This document shows positions 11,166 through 22,227 of a stretch of DNA of 31,097 nucleotides, in pieces. The stretch lies in assembly GCA_013239625.1 (NCBI GenBank), contig MU053379.1, forward strand, positions 3,888,866 through 3,919,962. Direction: 5' to 3'. The position numbers and the translations under genes were made by a program. The DNA is from Lama guanicoe (Eukaryota). The notes under the pieces were generated by a model. It saw only the letters and a program-made list of their open reading frames with translations, was not told the origin of the DNA and did not search any database. Numbering within the stretch: the first letter of the stretch is position 1; the number at the start of each line of letters is the position of its first letter.

Positions 11166-11510
11166 CTCGACGTGCCGTATACACATCTCCTTTCCCTCTG
11201 CCTTCCCCTGAGCGGCTCTGTGCCGGAGGAGCCGACCTGCGTGGACTTCCACCCCCAGCTCCCTTGAAGGAGATCCAGAGCCGGCCAGAGGTGAAGTATC
11301 TCTTCCTCCACTGCCTCTCTGCCTCGGGGCTGCAGTTTGACAGCAGCCGCGTCCTTCCCTCTGGAGGTGGGGCCGCCCTGGGCCTCCCATCTGTCTCCTG
11401 GGGCGGCAAGGTCCCCACCGTGCGCGTGCACTGCTCCGGGGCCCCCCAGCCCTCGTGTGGCGGCTCCACCCACAGCACTGGCTGTTGCTCCTTCATCAAA
11501 ATCTCCACAT
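11166..11510 (-). CDS. Candidate 345-nt symmetric (phase 1-1) coding exon, uncharacterised product
   Basis: Acceptor cccttacggttcag|AT and strong donor GAG|GTAAGC. Fully open: VEILMKEQQPVLWVEPPHEG...RLLSNCSPEAERQWRKRYFTSGRLWISFKG...VYTARR. First in-frame ATG is at 11496 (weak Kozak). No family recognised. Confidence 0.4.
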
Positions 11511-12609
11511 CTGAACCGTAAGGGTGAACTGTGGGGCCCTGCCCCCGGCAACGCCTCCCTCTCCAACTCACGGATGGTCACCAGCCACGTCCCGAGTCCC
11601 CACTTGTCAGAACGCGAGACGTCTTGGAAAGCGCTGGAAATCCAATGGGGGCTCGAGAGCCCATCAGATTCTTGGGAGGCGGTGAGCTGGGCTCCTTCTG
11701 CTCCCCGCGCCCACCACACCCTCCGGCACTGGGACGCAGGGACATGCTGCAGGGCACGCACACCCTCCCTCGGCCAGAACGCAGCCCAGGGGGCCGTGGG
11801 AGACTCTTCTCTTAATGTCTCGTGATGGCCGCTGCATTTACCCTCTTTGGAAATCTGTGTCCGCCCCACAAGGGGGGATGGGTATGTTCAAAGCAAACAC
11901 CTCTTGGATAAGTGAATGCAGGCCCCACAGATGTCTGACAAGAGTTGGTGTCCATGGTATAGACAGAAAGCAAAGATAGGTCCCCCCGATCCTCAAAACT
12001 TTAAAAGGGTCCATGTCTCCTTCCCGCTGAGCCCCCGGCGTGTTGCAGCGCTTCCCAAGGCCCGGTCCTCTCTTGGGTCTGCCGTGTTCAAGGACAAGGC
12101 ACTGGGCACCTCGCCCCAGCCAGGCACGCTGCTGAGCAGACGGCCGGGTTCCTGGCAGCCAGCCCGGCCCTCTCTTCACTAGGCCACAGGGACAGGGGCT
12201 GTTTTCCTCCGCCTCGGACCCCTCACCACCCCTGACGCAGACACCGCGGATCCCTCTCCCGGGAGACACGCCTGCCAGCTCCCCGGAGCCACGCTGTGTC
12301 CAGGTGAGGCTTTTCTTGGAACGTCCGGCACCTCGGAGCCCCGGCCCCTCATCCCCGCACAGGGGCTTTCGCGTCGACAAATTCCCACACGATGGACCAG
12401 TCTGAGTCTCCACGGCCTCCAGCCGGCCAGGGGCTGAGGGCTTTCCGCAGCATCTCGTGCAACACAGTCGAAATCCAAGGTGGTAGAATTTAGCCCTGCT
12501 GAGCAGTAAGCCTGTTTTCGAGCTGACCACGCCGTACAGGCCACCCCGGAGCTAACACAGCCAGAAAACGCGCACATCTCCAAGCACGGCCGGTGCCCCC
12601 CGGACTCAC

Positions 12610-12668
12610 TTATAAACAGAAAATGAATAAGCTGTGGAATTTGAAGGAGAGTTTTTTAAGCTGGAAAC
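12610..12668 (-). other. Candidate 59-nt exon, probably 5' UTR
   Basis: Branch-like ccttaac, long polypyrimidine tract and ccatcttcag|G acceptor; donor TAA|GTGAGT. The frame that would join exon 11510 contains a stop. Confidence 0.5.
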
Positions 12669-13654
12669 CTGAAGATGGAAAAAAAAAGGCCACAAAAAAA
12701 ACAGGATAAACAGTTAAGGCAAATATTTTAGACCCAAACAGCCAGTCTCTGCAGCTGGGAGGCGGACCGCACTGCTGGTGAGGAGGCTAATGTAGACGAA
12801 AGTGACCACAGGGTTTGGAGATAGCAAAGCATTTTATTTTTTGTCATTTGTCTTCAAAAAATGCCATGATGTTAGGCTACCCTTTCGTCTGAGTGTGTCT
12901 GAAGTGAAGGTGAAACGTCACCATTTGTTCCTGTTGTTCTGGACTTTACATTAGATGTTGGTAATAAAATGTGCTTTTCTCGGTATGTGTACATATATTT
13001 CTCAGTATATATACACACACTTCTCTTCTTGTTGAGCCATGATAGTAAAAATGATTAGTGGAGCTGAAATCTGCAGCGATGCACAGACCGCTCGCCGCAG
13101 TGTTCAGGAGAGCTGAAATATGCAATAATTGATTTTAACATGCGCTGTAACTGGTTCCACATGCAGCGCTGTCAACTGTGATGCATCGTAATTAAACTGA
13201 CATGTTCAAAAACTGGCCACCGAAATGAGCGCTCACTGACTTTTCCGACTGAGTGCAGCTGCTGCTTCCCTGCCCCCCGGTTCCCCACTCAGGACCCACA
13301 TCGCTGGGTTTCATTTGGTGGCTGGCCTCCTCCATGTTTTATCTATTTTACCTCCTCAAATTTAAAGTGACCTCCTGGAGTGAATTCAGGCTCCTTCCCC
13401 ACCTTCGTTTTCACGTGGTCACATATTTCAGCGGTGACAGACCTCGACGTAGTTTCCTAAGGCATCATAAATCAGGTCTGAAATTGTGAGAATCGTCAAG
13501 AACGCGATATAAAATAAGATGCAGCAGCAGACCCATAAAAGTTCCCTATCTTAGCCTATCCACCCCGATCGAACCACGCCTGAACTCCAGGAAAGTCATG
13601 TGGAGGAAGTGGTAGTGACACGTGTCCACCTCCCATCCCCCATTGTGGGGATGA

Positions 13655-13669
13655 AGCGCCCCCTGCTAG
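13655..13669 (-). promoter_or_regulatory. Candidate CTCF core motif
   Basis: AGCGCCCCCTGCTAG, reverse complement CTAGCAGGGGGCGCT, has one mismatch to CCAGCAGGGGGCGCT. Confidence 0.55.
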
Positions 13670-13772
13670 TGACCGTCTTCCTCTTGTTCTGCCTCAGTCA
13701 TCAGAAAGCTTCAGGCATTCAGGACGCTCTTGCCGTGGCGGCCGGGCTACCTGTCTGTTTCCTTCTGTAATG

Positions 13773-13900
13773 GCAGCGTGCTCTAGTTGAAGTGGGCTGG
13801 AGGCCCCGGCTCTAGGCCGGTTCTGTGACCACTAATCGTGCCGGCAAAGCTCTGCGAGTGTGAGATTTCTGTCCTGGAAAAGTGGGACGGATACTACTCT
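13773..13900 (+). mobile_element. MIR fragment
   Basis: 'gcagcgtgctctagttgaa...ggctggagg...ctctaggccggttctgtgaccacta...tttctgtcctggaaaagtggga' follows the MIR layout. Confidence 0.45.
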
Positions 13901-14292
13901 TTGTAACACCAGTTCAAGGTTAGAACAATAGCTGATGGTCCAAACATGAAAGGATTCAGGGCCCTTCAGTTGCTGGAATCTCTCTTCTGAATCAGCATGA
14001 ACCATGTCCGTCTTTGGACTTCATGTGACCATAACTTACTGTTTTGATTTAATGAAAAGCTTCACCCTTTCCTGCCCCATCCCCCAGTGTCACATCTTCT
14101 CTGGTCTGTTAATCACACAGGTGGGTCCTGTGATGGCAAAGTATTTAATAACAAAATTGCGTTCACACCCACCTGCGGCTGCAGAGTGCGCACTGACGGC
14201 GAGTCTCCATGGTGCCATTTCTGCAAGGACAGCGGGGTAGCCATCCCCGCGTCATTGCCATGGGGGGTGGGCACCATCCTCCTGCTTGTTCC

Positions 14293-14304
14293 AGTCACGT
14301 GACT
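14293..14304. promoter_or_regulatory. Perfect CLEAR/USF E-box AGTCACGTGACT (motif only)
   Basis: 12-bp palindrome containing GTCACGTGAC. Confidence 0.35.
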
Positions 14305-14378
14305 CTGGTGGGGCTCCCCTGTTTGCTTACAGAGAATTAGGTCTGGCCAGTCGTGGTGTCTCTTTCATCTGTCAACAG

Positions 14379-14692
14379 GACAGAGTCCAAGCTGTGGCTG
14401 CAGGACCGAGCCGGACCAACAGAAGTTCTTCTCTGAGCTTTGACAGTCGAAAGCTGTCAGACGAGGTCTTCTCGCTCCTCGGAGGTGAGCCGTGAGGACA
14501 TGAGCCTGGAGGACCTCCATCACAGGAAGGGCGCCGTGGTGCCCCCGGGTGAGGTCCTCGCTGTGGAGAAGCAGGGTCCACAGGAAATGCTAATGAATGG
14601 CCTGGATGCTGTCGGGGGCTCTAGGAGAGCAGAACTTATGCCACTCACATTGCCGTTTCTCAGTGAAATCTCACGAAAGCCACACAGCTGAG
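14379..14692 (+). ncRNA. Candidate plus-strand exon (probably non-coding)
   Basis: Acceptor tctctttcatctgtcaacag|G, donors GAG|GTGAGC (14484) and GAG|GTAAGG (14692). A strong downstream acceptor follows at (T)12ctctctctcccctttgacag|15335. Confidence 0.3.
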
Positions 14693-14950
14693 GTAAGGAA
14701 GTGCCTGAGGAGGGACCGGAGTTCTTTACCTCCCTCTGTCTGTTCAAGTCCTCCTTTATGAAGGGGAAGAGTCTCCTCCTGAGTCCTGCTTCTGAGCAGG
14801 GGATGGACTGTTGCTTCACAGACGTCCTGACAGGGATCCCTTGGCCTCCAGAATGTTCCTCCCCACTCCAGTCCCTGGTCAGCACAATCCTGGGGCCGCA
14901 AGGCTTCCCCAAGGGTTTTGAGCAAGCTTTGCATGGTGTGTGGTGCATCT

Positions 14951-15111
14951 GCAGCAGCTCTCGAACTTAGGGTGCACCCAGCCCCCCAGAGAGCTTGTGG
15001 AAACACAGGTGGCTGGGTCCCATCCTCTGGGATTCTGACCTAGAGGTCTGACTGTGGGGGAGGGTCTGCGTCTCTAGTAAGTTCTTAGGGTCTGCACTTT
15101 GGGAACCACTG
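14951..15111. mobile_element. MER5A-like hAT MITE
   Basis: 'cagctctcgaactt...gagagcttgtggaaacacag...ggattctgac...ggtctg...cactttgggaaccactg'. Confidence 0.7.
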
Positions 15112-15114
15112 CTG

Positions 15115-15215
15115 GGATGAATGCCAGCTTAGACTGAAAGCTGGGGGAGACAGCTCACCGAGCCTCTTGGGGCCTCACTTTAACCATCTGTGAAATGGGA
15201 GATTTGACCCAGGAG
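15115..15215 (+). mobile_element. MIR core fragment
   Basis: 'cctcttggggcctcactttaaccatctgtgaaatggga'. Confidence 0.6.
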
Positions 15216-16147
15216 ATCTCAGTTTCCTTCAACACGCTCTAAACCTACCAGCAGACCACCGGCTTCTACCTGGGAAGACCGTACTGCCATGACGAGGCTT
15301 CCTTTTTTTTTTTTCTCTCTCTCCCCTTTGACAGCTGTGACCACAAAGACAACATCTAACTTCTGCAGAGAAGGTGGAGAGGTCAGGGGGCAGCCAGAAC
15401 GGAGTAGCTGTGAGATGCTGTGAGCCCCAAGGCCCTGGCACAGTATTCTGCAATAAGCAACATTTTTCACCTGAAGTTTATGTGGTTTTATATAATTTGT
15501 CCTTGACTCAGGACTCGTTCTAGAACCAAAGAGCACGAGCCAGTCCTTTCTCAATGGCAGGGAGGAGCAAACAGCAGACAGGACCCGGGGAATGCATGGT
15601 GGGGATGCTGGAGTCTGGGGGCGGGAAAGGAGGCCCCTGGGCACAGGCGCCCCTCCAGCCCCCCACCCCCACCCCCAGCTGCGTCCCGCGCCTCCCAGCG
15701 GCTCCTCCGGGCCTGCAGCCAAGAGAAGGTTAGAGAGGTTACGCCCAGAGCGCGGCAAGCTGTGAGGGCTGTGGTGGCCTCGAGGAGATCTCACTGAAGT
15801 TCGAAAAGTATGGGAGGAAAGGAAGCATCGGCAGGATCTTCTGAAGTGGAAATGAGGGACAAATCGGCATTGAGTCCAGCTTTTTCTCTGGGACTCCAAA
15901 CGCCTGCACAAAACTACGCCCTACCAGCCACATAAAGTGGCCACTCATGAGAGCGAACAGCAAAACTACGGCTGTAACAAAGCTTCTTTTCCCCTGCCTT
16001 TACTTCTGAGGAAGAAAAAGTGATGGATGTGAAGGAAAACATAGAAATAGTTTAGGAAGTAATTTTTTTCACATAAGAGCCACTTTAGGAGAGCCCAATG
16101 GCATACAAGGGAGCTAACTGCTGGGTATCACAGAGCATCCGTGACCC

Positions 16148-16560
16148 TATTCAACATCGTGTGTTGGGTGCCCAGCACGTCAGCAGCTTCAACAGGCTTG
16201 TGTCCACATCTGGGGGGCTTCCAGTCTAGATGGAGAGGTGCCAAGTAAACAGGTGATTTTATGGTTCCAGAAGGAATGAGCCCCAGGAACCACGGAGAGA
16301 GGCTCAGTCTACAGGGCGAGGTGTCCGCGAACCCTCCCCGCAGAGGCCGACGACCTCACGCGCGCGTGGAGGAGGGCCAGGCAGGAAGAGGTGGACTCGG
16401 CAGCAGACACAGGCTCGAAGGGCTGAGCTCGTGACAGCTGGGTAGTTTAGTCGGACGGAGGCTGGGACGGCCGGACGCTGCGAGGGCAAACACAGGCGTC
16501 TGCTGCGTGCATTTTGACGGATGGCTTCAGAACCGCTTCCAGTCCTCACAGGCGCTGGCT
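16148..16560 (-). mobile_element. L2 3' fragment, antisense
   Basis: 'attcaacatcgtgtgttgggtgcccagcacg...ggggcttccagtctagatggagag...gtaaacaggtgatt' matches the reverse L2 end; the right boundary is vague. Confidence 0.5.
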
Positions 16561-16685
16561 TGCACTGGTGAGAAGGGATGGGGAGCGTGGGATTGACACG
16601 TCCCTCTGCCGCTGAGGATGGGTGGGCCCAGCGCCCTTCCTCTCTCCGGCTGCCTTACTTCTCCCGTCCACCTGGCCTGTGTTCC

Positions 16686-17122
16686 TTCTAACTGAAGCGT
16701 GCTTGGCTTACAATGTTGTGTTAGTTTCTCGTGTACAGCGTTGCGACTCGCTCACCTACGTGTACGTATGCACGCTTTTTCATCAGAGGCCATCACCAGC
16801 TGTTGAACACCGCTCTCTGTGCTCGTTTATCTGTTCTGTCCATAGCAGTGTGTGCCTGTTCCTCCCACACTTCTAAGGTAACCCTCCCCCACCCCGTCCT
16901 TGCCCCTGGGTAACCCTGTTTGTTGTCTGTGTCTATGAGTCCCTTTCTGCTTTGTAAACAAGTTCATTCCTGTCATTTTCTGGATCCCACATACAAGTGA
17001 TGTCCTGTGATACTTGTCTTTCTCTGTTTGACTTCACTTAGTGTGACGATCTCCAGGTCCATCCATGTTGCTGCAAACAGCATTCTTCCTTTCTTCTTTG
17101 TGGCCGAGTAGCATTCCGTTGT
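16686..17122 (-). mobile_element. L1 3' UTR (cetartiodactyl type), antisense
   Basis: 'ttacaatgttgtgttagtttc..gtgtacagc', 'gatcccacatacaagtgat', 'gacttcacttagtgtgacgatctccaggtccatccatgttgctgcaaa'. Confidence 0.9.
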
Positions 17123-17551
17123 CTAGGTGTCCGCCACAGCCTCTTTGCCCAGCCCCCTGTCGTCCGCAGCAGCACCATTCACAGCAGCCCCTGCTTCTGC
17201 GTGACGCTCTGCCTCACTTCCCAGGCAGAGATGCCTCACTGCCTCCACCCCTAACTCCCCTCTGGCTTCCTTTTGAAACATTGGGTGGCCTCCTTCCTCT
17301 AGGTGTAAATTCATTATTTTAAAATAAATAAAATAAACATGACTAACATTTAGGGGGAAACAAGATGTTTAAAGGAGGAGGAGGGAAAAGCGGGCGTTTG
17401 CCACAGGTTGGAGAATGGGTTTCCTACATTTGCAGCATTCTCTTTACAAATGATGGTCGACGGAATCATATCAGGTCAAATCAGTTTTAGGTTCTTGGGT
17501 TTTCTCCTCCCGAAAAGGAAGAACCTTTTCTGCACTAGAAGAACCATTTCT

Positions 17552-17677
17552 TTTTGGGGGGGGTTGTATTTTTTTAATTTTAATTTTTTATTGAGTTATG
17601 ATCAGTTTACAATGTTATGTCAGTTTCTGGTGTACAGCACAATGCTTCAGTCATACATGAACATACTCATTTTCATA
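17552..17677 (-). mobile_element. Short 5'-truncated L1 tail with 15-bp TSD
   Basis: L1 end 'cagtttacaatgttatgtcagtttctggtgtacagcac', flanked by agaagaaccatttct (17537-17551) and agaaggaccatttct (17678-17692). Confidence 0.9.
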
Positions 17678-19229
17678 AGAAGGACCATTTCTGAAGGACC
17701 CAGAGCCTTTCTGGTATACTCTCTGTCCTCCTAGGACAAGCATAATTCTTTCCGGAAAACAGAAAAACTGCAAGGAACAATCTACAGCCTAGAGGAGTTT
17801 AACCGCCTTGGAAGCAACACAGCCTTCCTCCTGCTGACCACAGCCACCACCACTTCCAACAGACCCATCACTGCTGAGGATCGGATCCTGCTTGGTGCTT
17901 CGAAGGTAAACAGTTTTAAAACATGGTTCCTGCCCTCAGGAGACCATTCATATTGGACTTAAGGCTGACATCCACATACAAAGACTCGTAATAATAAAAG
18001 GTGGCTCTTGGTAAGTCGTCATGGCCTCAGTAATGGAGCATAAGGCTCAGACACAGCTTCCCGCACTTTTCCAGGTTTCAGAATCCCGCGGGCATTGACT
18101 GTGCCACCGTCTGAGTGAGACTAACAAGACTTGAAGCGAGCTTTCTGCTTCAAGTCTCTTTAGCATTTTGCGTTTAGCTCCAGAACCTTCAAAGCAACAA
18201 CCTGGTTTGGACCAAATCCGACATGCTACTGGAGACTCTCAGGTTACCTGTAACATTACCTACGTTGTTGAGGCCAAGGTTTTGTAGAAAGTGTCCTGGA
18301 GCTAAGCTGAGTACAGGCTGCAGCGTGAACATCTTCGTAACCTGTGGCCTGTGATGAGCGGGGGGCCAGCCTAATTCCACGGAATTTCAGAGAAGGGATC
18401 CCAGAAACAAGCAGCCACATGTTGCAGACAGCTCAGATGCCCGTAAGCGGTCCCTGCAGGCTCAGCCCTGAGTTGCGGAGCAGCTACAGGAGGGAGGGGG
18501 CTCCTCTGAATGCATCTCCATCAGGCTTTGCAAGATGCGTGGCAGCTGTTACCCCGGGGCTTCTCACACTTGCCCGTGCATGTGGTCGTCGGGGAACATG
18601 TAAGATGGACACAGCCTCAGTGCGTCCAGGTGGACCTGGGCTTCTGCGGGGGTCAACAGGCTCCCAGCCAGCCGATGCCTCATCCTCGGACCACACTGAG
18701 TGGCGCGAGTTTAGAACACAGTGGAAGGATGGTAGAAGGGGCAGACTGAGAGCAAGGGCGCATCTGCTCAGGAACCTGAAAATCGGCGATTAGATGCCAA
18801 GGCTCCTGGAGAAGGTGGCCGGGAGGTGGAACCAGCTGCCCCAGGACCAAGCGGGCCAGGCCCATCCCTGGCCTCTGTCCTTGAACCTGGCTCCGCTTGG
18901 GGACGCAGGACCTGCAGGACTCCCCCGCTGTGCAGGGTCAGGGCTCGGGCAGGCTGGCTGCTGTAGCAGAGAGCGTGATGCTCCGCCACCCCGACCTGGC
19001 CAGCTGACCCGGGCTCTTCCCAGGAGGACGCGGTGGGCGGGGCGTAGGAGGGAAGCCCAGCTCTCCCGGGGGAGGGGCCTCCCATGTCTTCCCGTCCTCC
19101 GAAGGATGAGTCCATCCGCCTGTGCACAGCTGAGAGATGATCAAGAACTGCCTGGAACTGAACCCCTCCACGGGGAAGAACGCAGAACCGAGTTTCCTCG
19201 CTCCTTTCTCCAGGCCACTTCTCAGGACG

Positions 19230-19720
19230 CTGAGGGCCCCGCCCCTTCCAGGAAGCCGGAGGCCTTGACTGCTTAAGTCTGGCTCCCGCTTCCTCCCCCA
19301 AGTAGGAGAGGCCGCGCTTCTCGGGCACCGAGGGCGCAGAACCAGCTGGGGAGCCCGTAGGGGAGGCAGGTCCTGGAGCGGGCCTGGGGGAGCCCGGAGC
19401 CCGCGTTCCCCGGCGCCCCCGGTGATGCCGGCGCGCCGCCGTGCGCGCCGCCTGCGGGGGGGGGGGACAGGGCCCCGGGTGCGCGCGCGGGGCTCCGGCC
19501 GGGGCTGGGGGGCGGGCGGTAGCCGCAGGGGCGGCGCCGGTCACGGTGGCGGGCTCCCCGGGGTGTGCCGATGCCGGTGTCACTGATGCGGGCTGGACGG
19601 TGGGAAAGCATCCGAAAGAGGGAAGGAACGCCGTCGCTCCAACCCCTCCGCGCCTGACGCCTCCGCCCTCAGCTCCCTCCTGCCTCTGGTTGGCGGGTTC
19701 CGAGCTCTTGGGCTGATTTC
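19230..19720. promoter_or_regulatory. CpG island, promoter/enhancer-like
   Basis: Dense CpG and very high GC. GC box GCCCCGCCCC at 19236-19245 abuts STAT-type TTCCAGGAA at 19246-19254; G-tracts span 19456-19531. Confidence 0.8.
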
Positions 19721-20109
19721 CAAATTCCCGAAGTTCAAGCGTGGAAAAAGCCAACTAATCTGGAAAATCTCCGCGTGTGTATTTTTCTTTAAAACTCCGG
19801 GCCGATTTTAAACTTAGCACCCTCTAAACCGTGCTCACAGGCACAGGCACTCCGGTCCTGGACACACGTGGCTCTGCTTCCCGGCGAGCTCCCTCCCCTC
19901 CCCCTCCCCCACCCGGCATTGACACCAGATTCAGGATGGAATTTGTCAGGGCAAGTGGCGTGTTCCTCCTCCACCGTTAACTCAGTTAGTGCGTCGAGCG
20001 TGGGAAGACATTCTGCCCACGATGCTCTGGTTGATTTGAGCTGACTGCTCGTTGAGTATTCCATATCAAAGGCCGGGATAATAGAATTACAGAATTCCAA
20101 TTGGAATTG

Positions 20110-20180
20110 GATTTCCAATCTGGAAGGGACCCTGGAGATCATTTACTGCTTCCTCCTCACTTTACAAATGAGGAAACTCT
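20110..20180 (-). mobile_element. MIR fragment, antisense
   Basis: 'ctggaagggaccctggagatcat...ctcactttacaaatgaggaaact'. Confidence 0.75.
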
Positions 20181-20869
20181 TATTTTTCACTCTTAAGATC
20201 TTGAGCAAATACCCGGCTTTTGAGACACACTTGCCCGCCCGGCTGCCCCTCTGGAGGGAAGGCTGTGTGGGGGAGAAAGAAGCCAGGAACAGAGCCCACC
20301 GATTTACCATTCTCCGTCGTGGCTTTCGCTTCCTCGAAGCCTGTTCCATCCACCCTCTGGACAGCATGCAGTTTGCAGCCATCTGCAGACGCCTTGGCTT
20401 CTGACAAGAGCTGGAAAAGAAGTGTGATGTTTTCCCTTCAAGGACGTTTTCTGCAGGTTACCAGCGACCGCATCCCTGGCATTTCCAGCAGAGGCTGTCC
20501 TGGCGTGGCTGCTTTTTCTGAGTCATGGGGCTGGATTTGGAGCTGCTGAAATTTTCTGTATCATTTGGTGATCGTATTTCATTTCAGACTTTTGAACGTG
20601 ACAGATTGTCCACCTGGATTTCATTTTGCCACATTTTATTGATGGCCTGACTCAGATCCTTCCAGTTTGTGCTAACTGACCTCGAAGGGGTAGCTTGTTG
20701 TTTAAATTTTATGACACAGAGACATAAATGGCCTGCAAATTATGCAACACAATGGTGACGATGAGCAGTGAGTGAGGACTTTCATTAACACTGATTGCCT
20801 GCAGTCAGGGGATTAATAAGAACTGCTACGTGGTGCCCATTCCTGGGACAGAAACCCCCAATGAACTTT

Positions 20870-21515
20870 ACCACGAGTGCACGTGTGTGCAGTGAGGGAG
20901 AACTGTGTTTCTGTGGCACGTCGGAGCCCGGGCAGTGATGTAACACTGCTCCTCGTGTGCCCTCTTGTCACTGTCCCAGCTCTACAAACAATGGCGCCTG
21001 CCCCCTCCCAGCCCCGATTTCCTGAGCGACCTACCGCAGCCTTGCACATCACCCCTGACACTGCAGACCTGACTGGCAGGGGATGGGAACTCCAGAGAGA
21101 AGACAAATAAAAACACACACGTAGCCCCTTCTGACTGTGAGAGACATCCCACAAACCCAAACTGAGGGACATTCCTGCAAAATCCCCGGCCGGCACGCCC
21201 CTCTGCCAGGTCCTGAAAAACACGGAGAGTCTGAGAAATGGTCACAGTCTGGAGGAGGCGATGCAGACAGGACAAGTGATGCAATGTGGGGCCCTGGACA
21301 GGGTCCGGGACAGAAAGGGACAGGAGAGGAAAACCAGAAAACCTGAGTAGTGTGGACTTCAGTTCCTAACGATGTATTGCCACCCACCCATTCGTGGAGC
21401 TAAAGGTGCCATGGTAATGTTGGGGGTTGGCAGTAGGGAAAGCTGGGTTTGGGGTGTATGTGAGCTCTCCACACTGTCTTCTCCACTTTTCTATCAATCT
21501 GGAACTAAAATAAAA
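20870..21515 (+). mobile_element. L1MC/L1MD-type 3' UTR, sense
   Basis: 'acaaacccaaactgagggacatt', 'gagtctgagaaatggtcacag', 'gggaaagctggg...gtgtatgtgagctctc...cttttctatcaatct..aaaataaaa'. Confidence 0.8.
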
Positions 21516-21589
21516 CCTGAATTAAAAATAATACTGAGATACACTGTCCACCCAGCCATATATAAAAGCTGACACCGTGTGGGTGTGTG

Positions 21590-21790
21590 GGTTGTGTCAG
21601 GACTTGACCCCCATCATTCCCTGGAGCCCTCAGAACAACCCTGGGAGGTCTTGATGATGTTCCCACTTCACAGCTGTGAAAACTGAGAAACCCAGGTTCA
21701 GAGAGAATTGCTCATCTGTGAACTGAAATCCCCTGGCTAGAAAGTGGCAGAGCTGTGATTTGGACTGTTGTGTTTGACTCCAGAGTACTC
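21590..21790 (-). mobile_element. MIR, antisense
   Basis: 'cctcagaacaaccctgggagg...cccacttcacagctgtgaaaactgag...gctagaaagtggcagagctg...tgactccagag'. Confidence 0.8.
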
Positions 21791-22227
21791 AGTGGTCTCC
21801 GTTCCCACTTGGCCCTCAGAATCCCGGCCTGAGAGGTGGGGCAGAGGCTGGGGGAGCGGGAAGGGGCTCTCGTGTCTGGTTTCCAGGCTGTCAGAGTTTC
21901 CTGGGGAGGGTCCTTCTGCCTCTATTTCCCCCTAGGGCTGGGGGCCAGGTCAGCTGTGGGTGTCACTCTACAGATATTAAAAAACAGCTCCCCTGCAGTG
22001 ACTGCAGTGATGGTCCCGGTAGGCAGGAGTGGCGACCAGCAGTGACAGCATCACTGTGACTCACCAGGAGGGAAGTGCAGACGACTTCACGGGACCCCAG
22101 GGGGCCACGCTGCCTCCTCTCCCAGAATCTCCACCCCTAACTGTGCATTGGTGATGTAGCCGTGAGCTACAGTCTACATCGGAACCTCAGAAGACCCACT
22201 CTTGTTCCCGCCTGAAGGCAGCGTCAA

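Noticed and set aside
11838..12530. 230-aa minus-strand ORF ending at a donor-like AGG|GTAAAT
   Set aside because: No convincing acceptor or family similarity, and GC-rich composition explains it. A small exon here cannot be fully excluded
14441..14459. Small hairpin TGACAG-T-C(GAAA)G-CTGTCA
   Set aside because: Too short to distinguish from chance, with no larger RNA fold evident
18768..19754. 328-aa minus-strand ORF
   Set aside because: It spans the CpG island, has a non-ATG start and a P/A/G/R-rich composition expected from stop-poor GC-rich DNA, with no recognisable domain
20093..20108. 16-bp palindrome AATTCCAATTGGAATT
   Set aside because: 8-bp arms are expected about 0.5 times per 31 kb by chance
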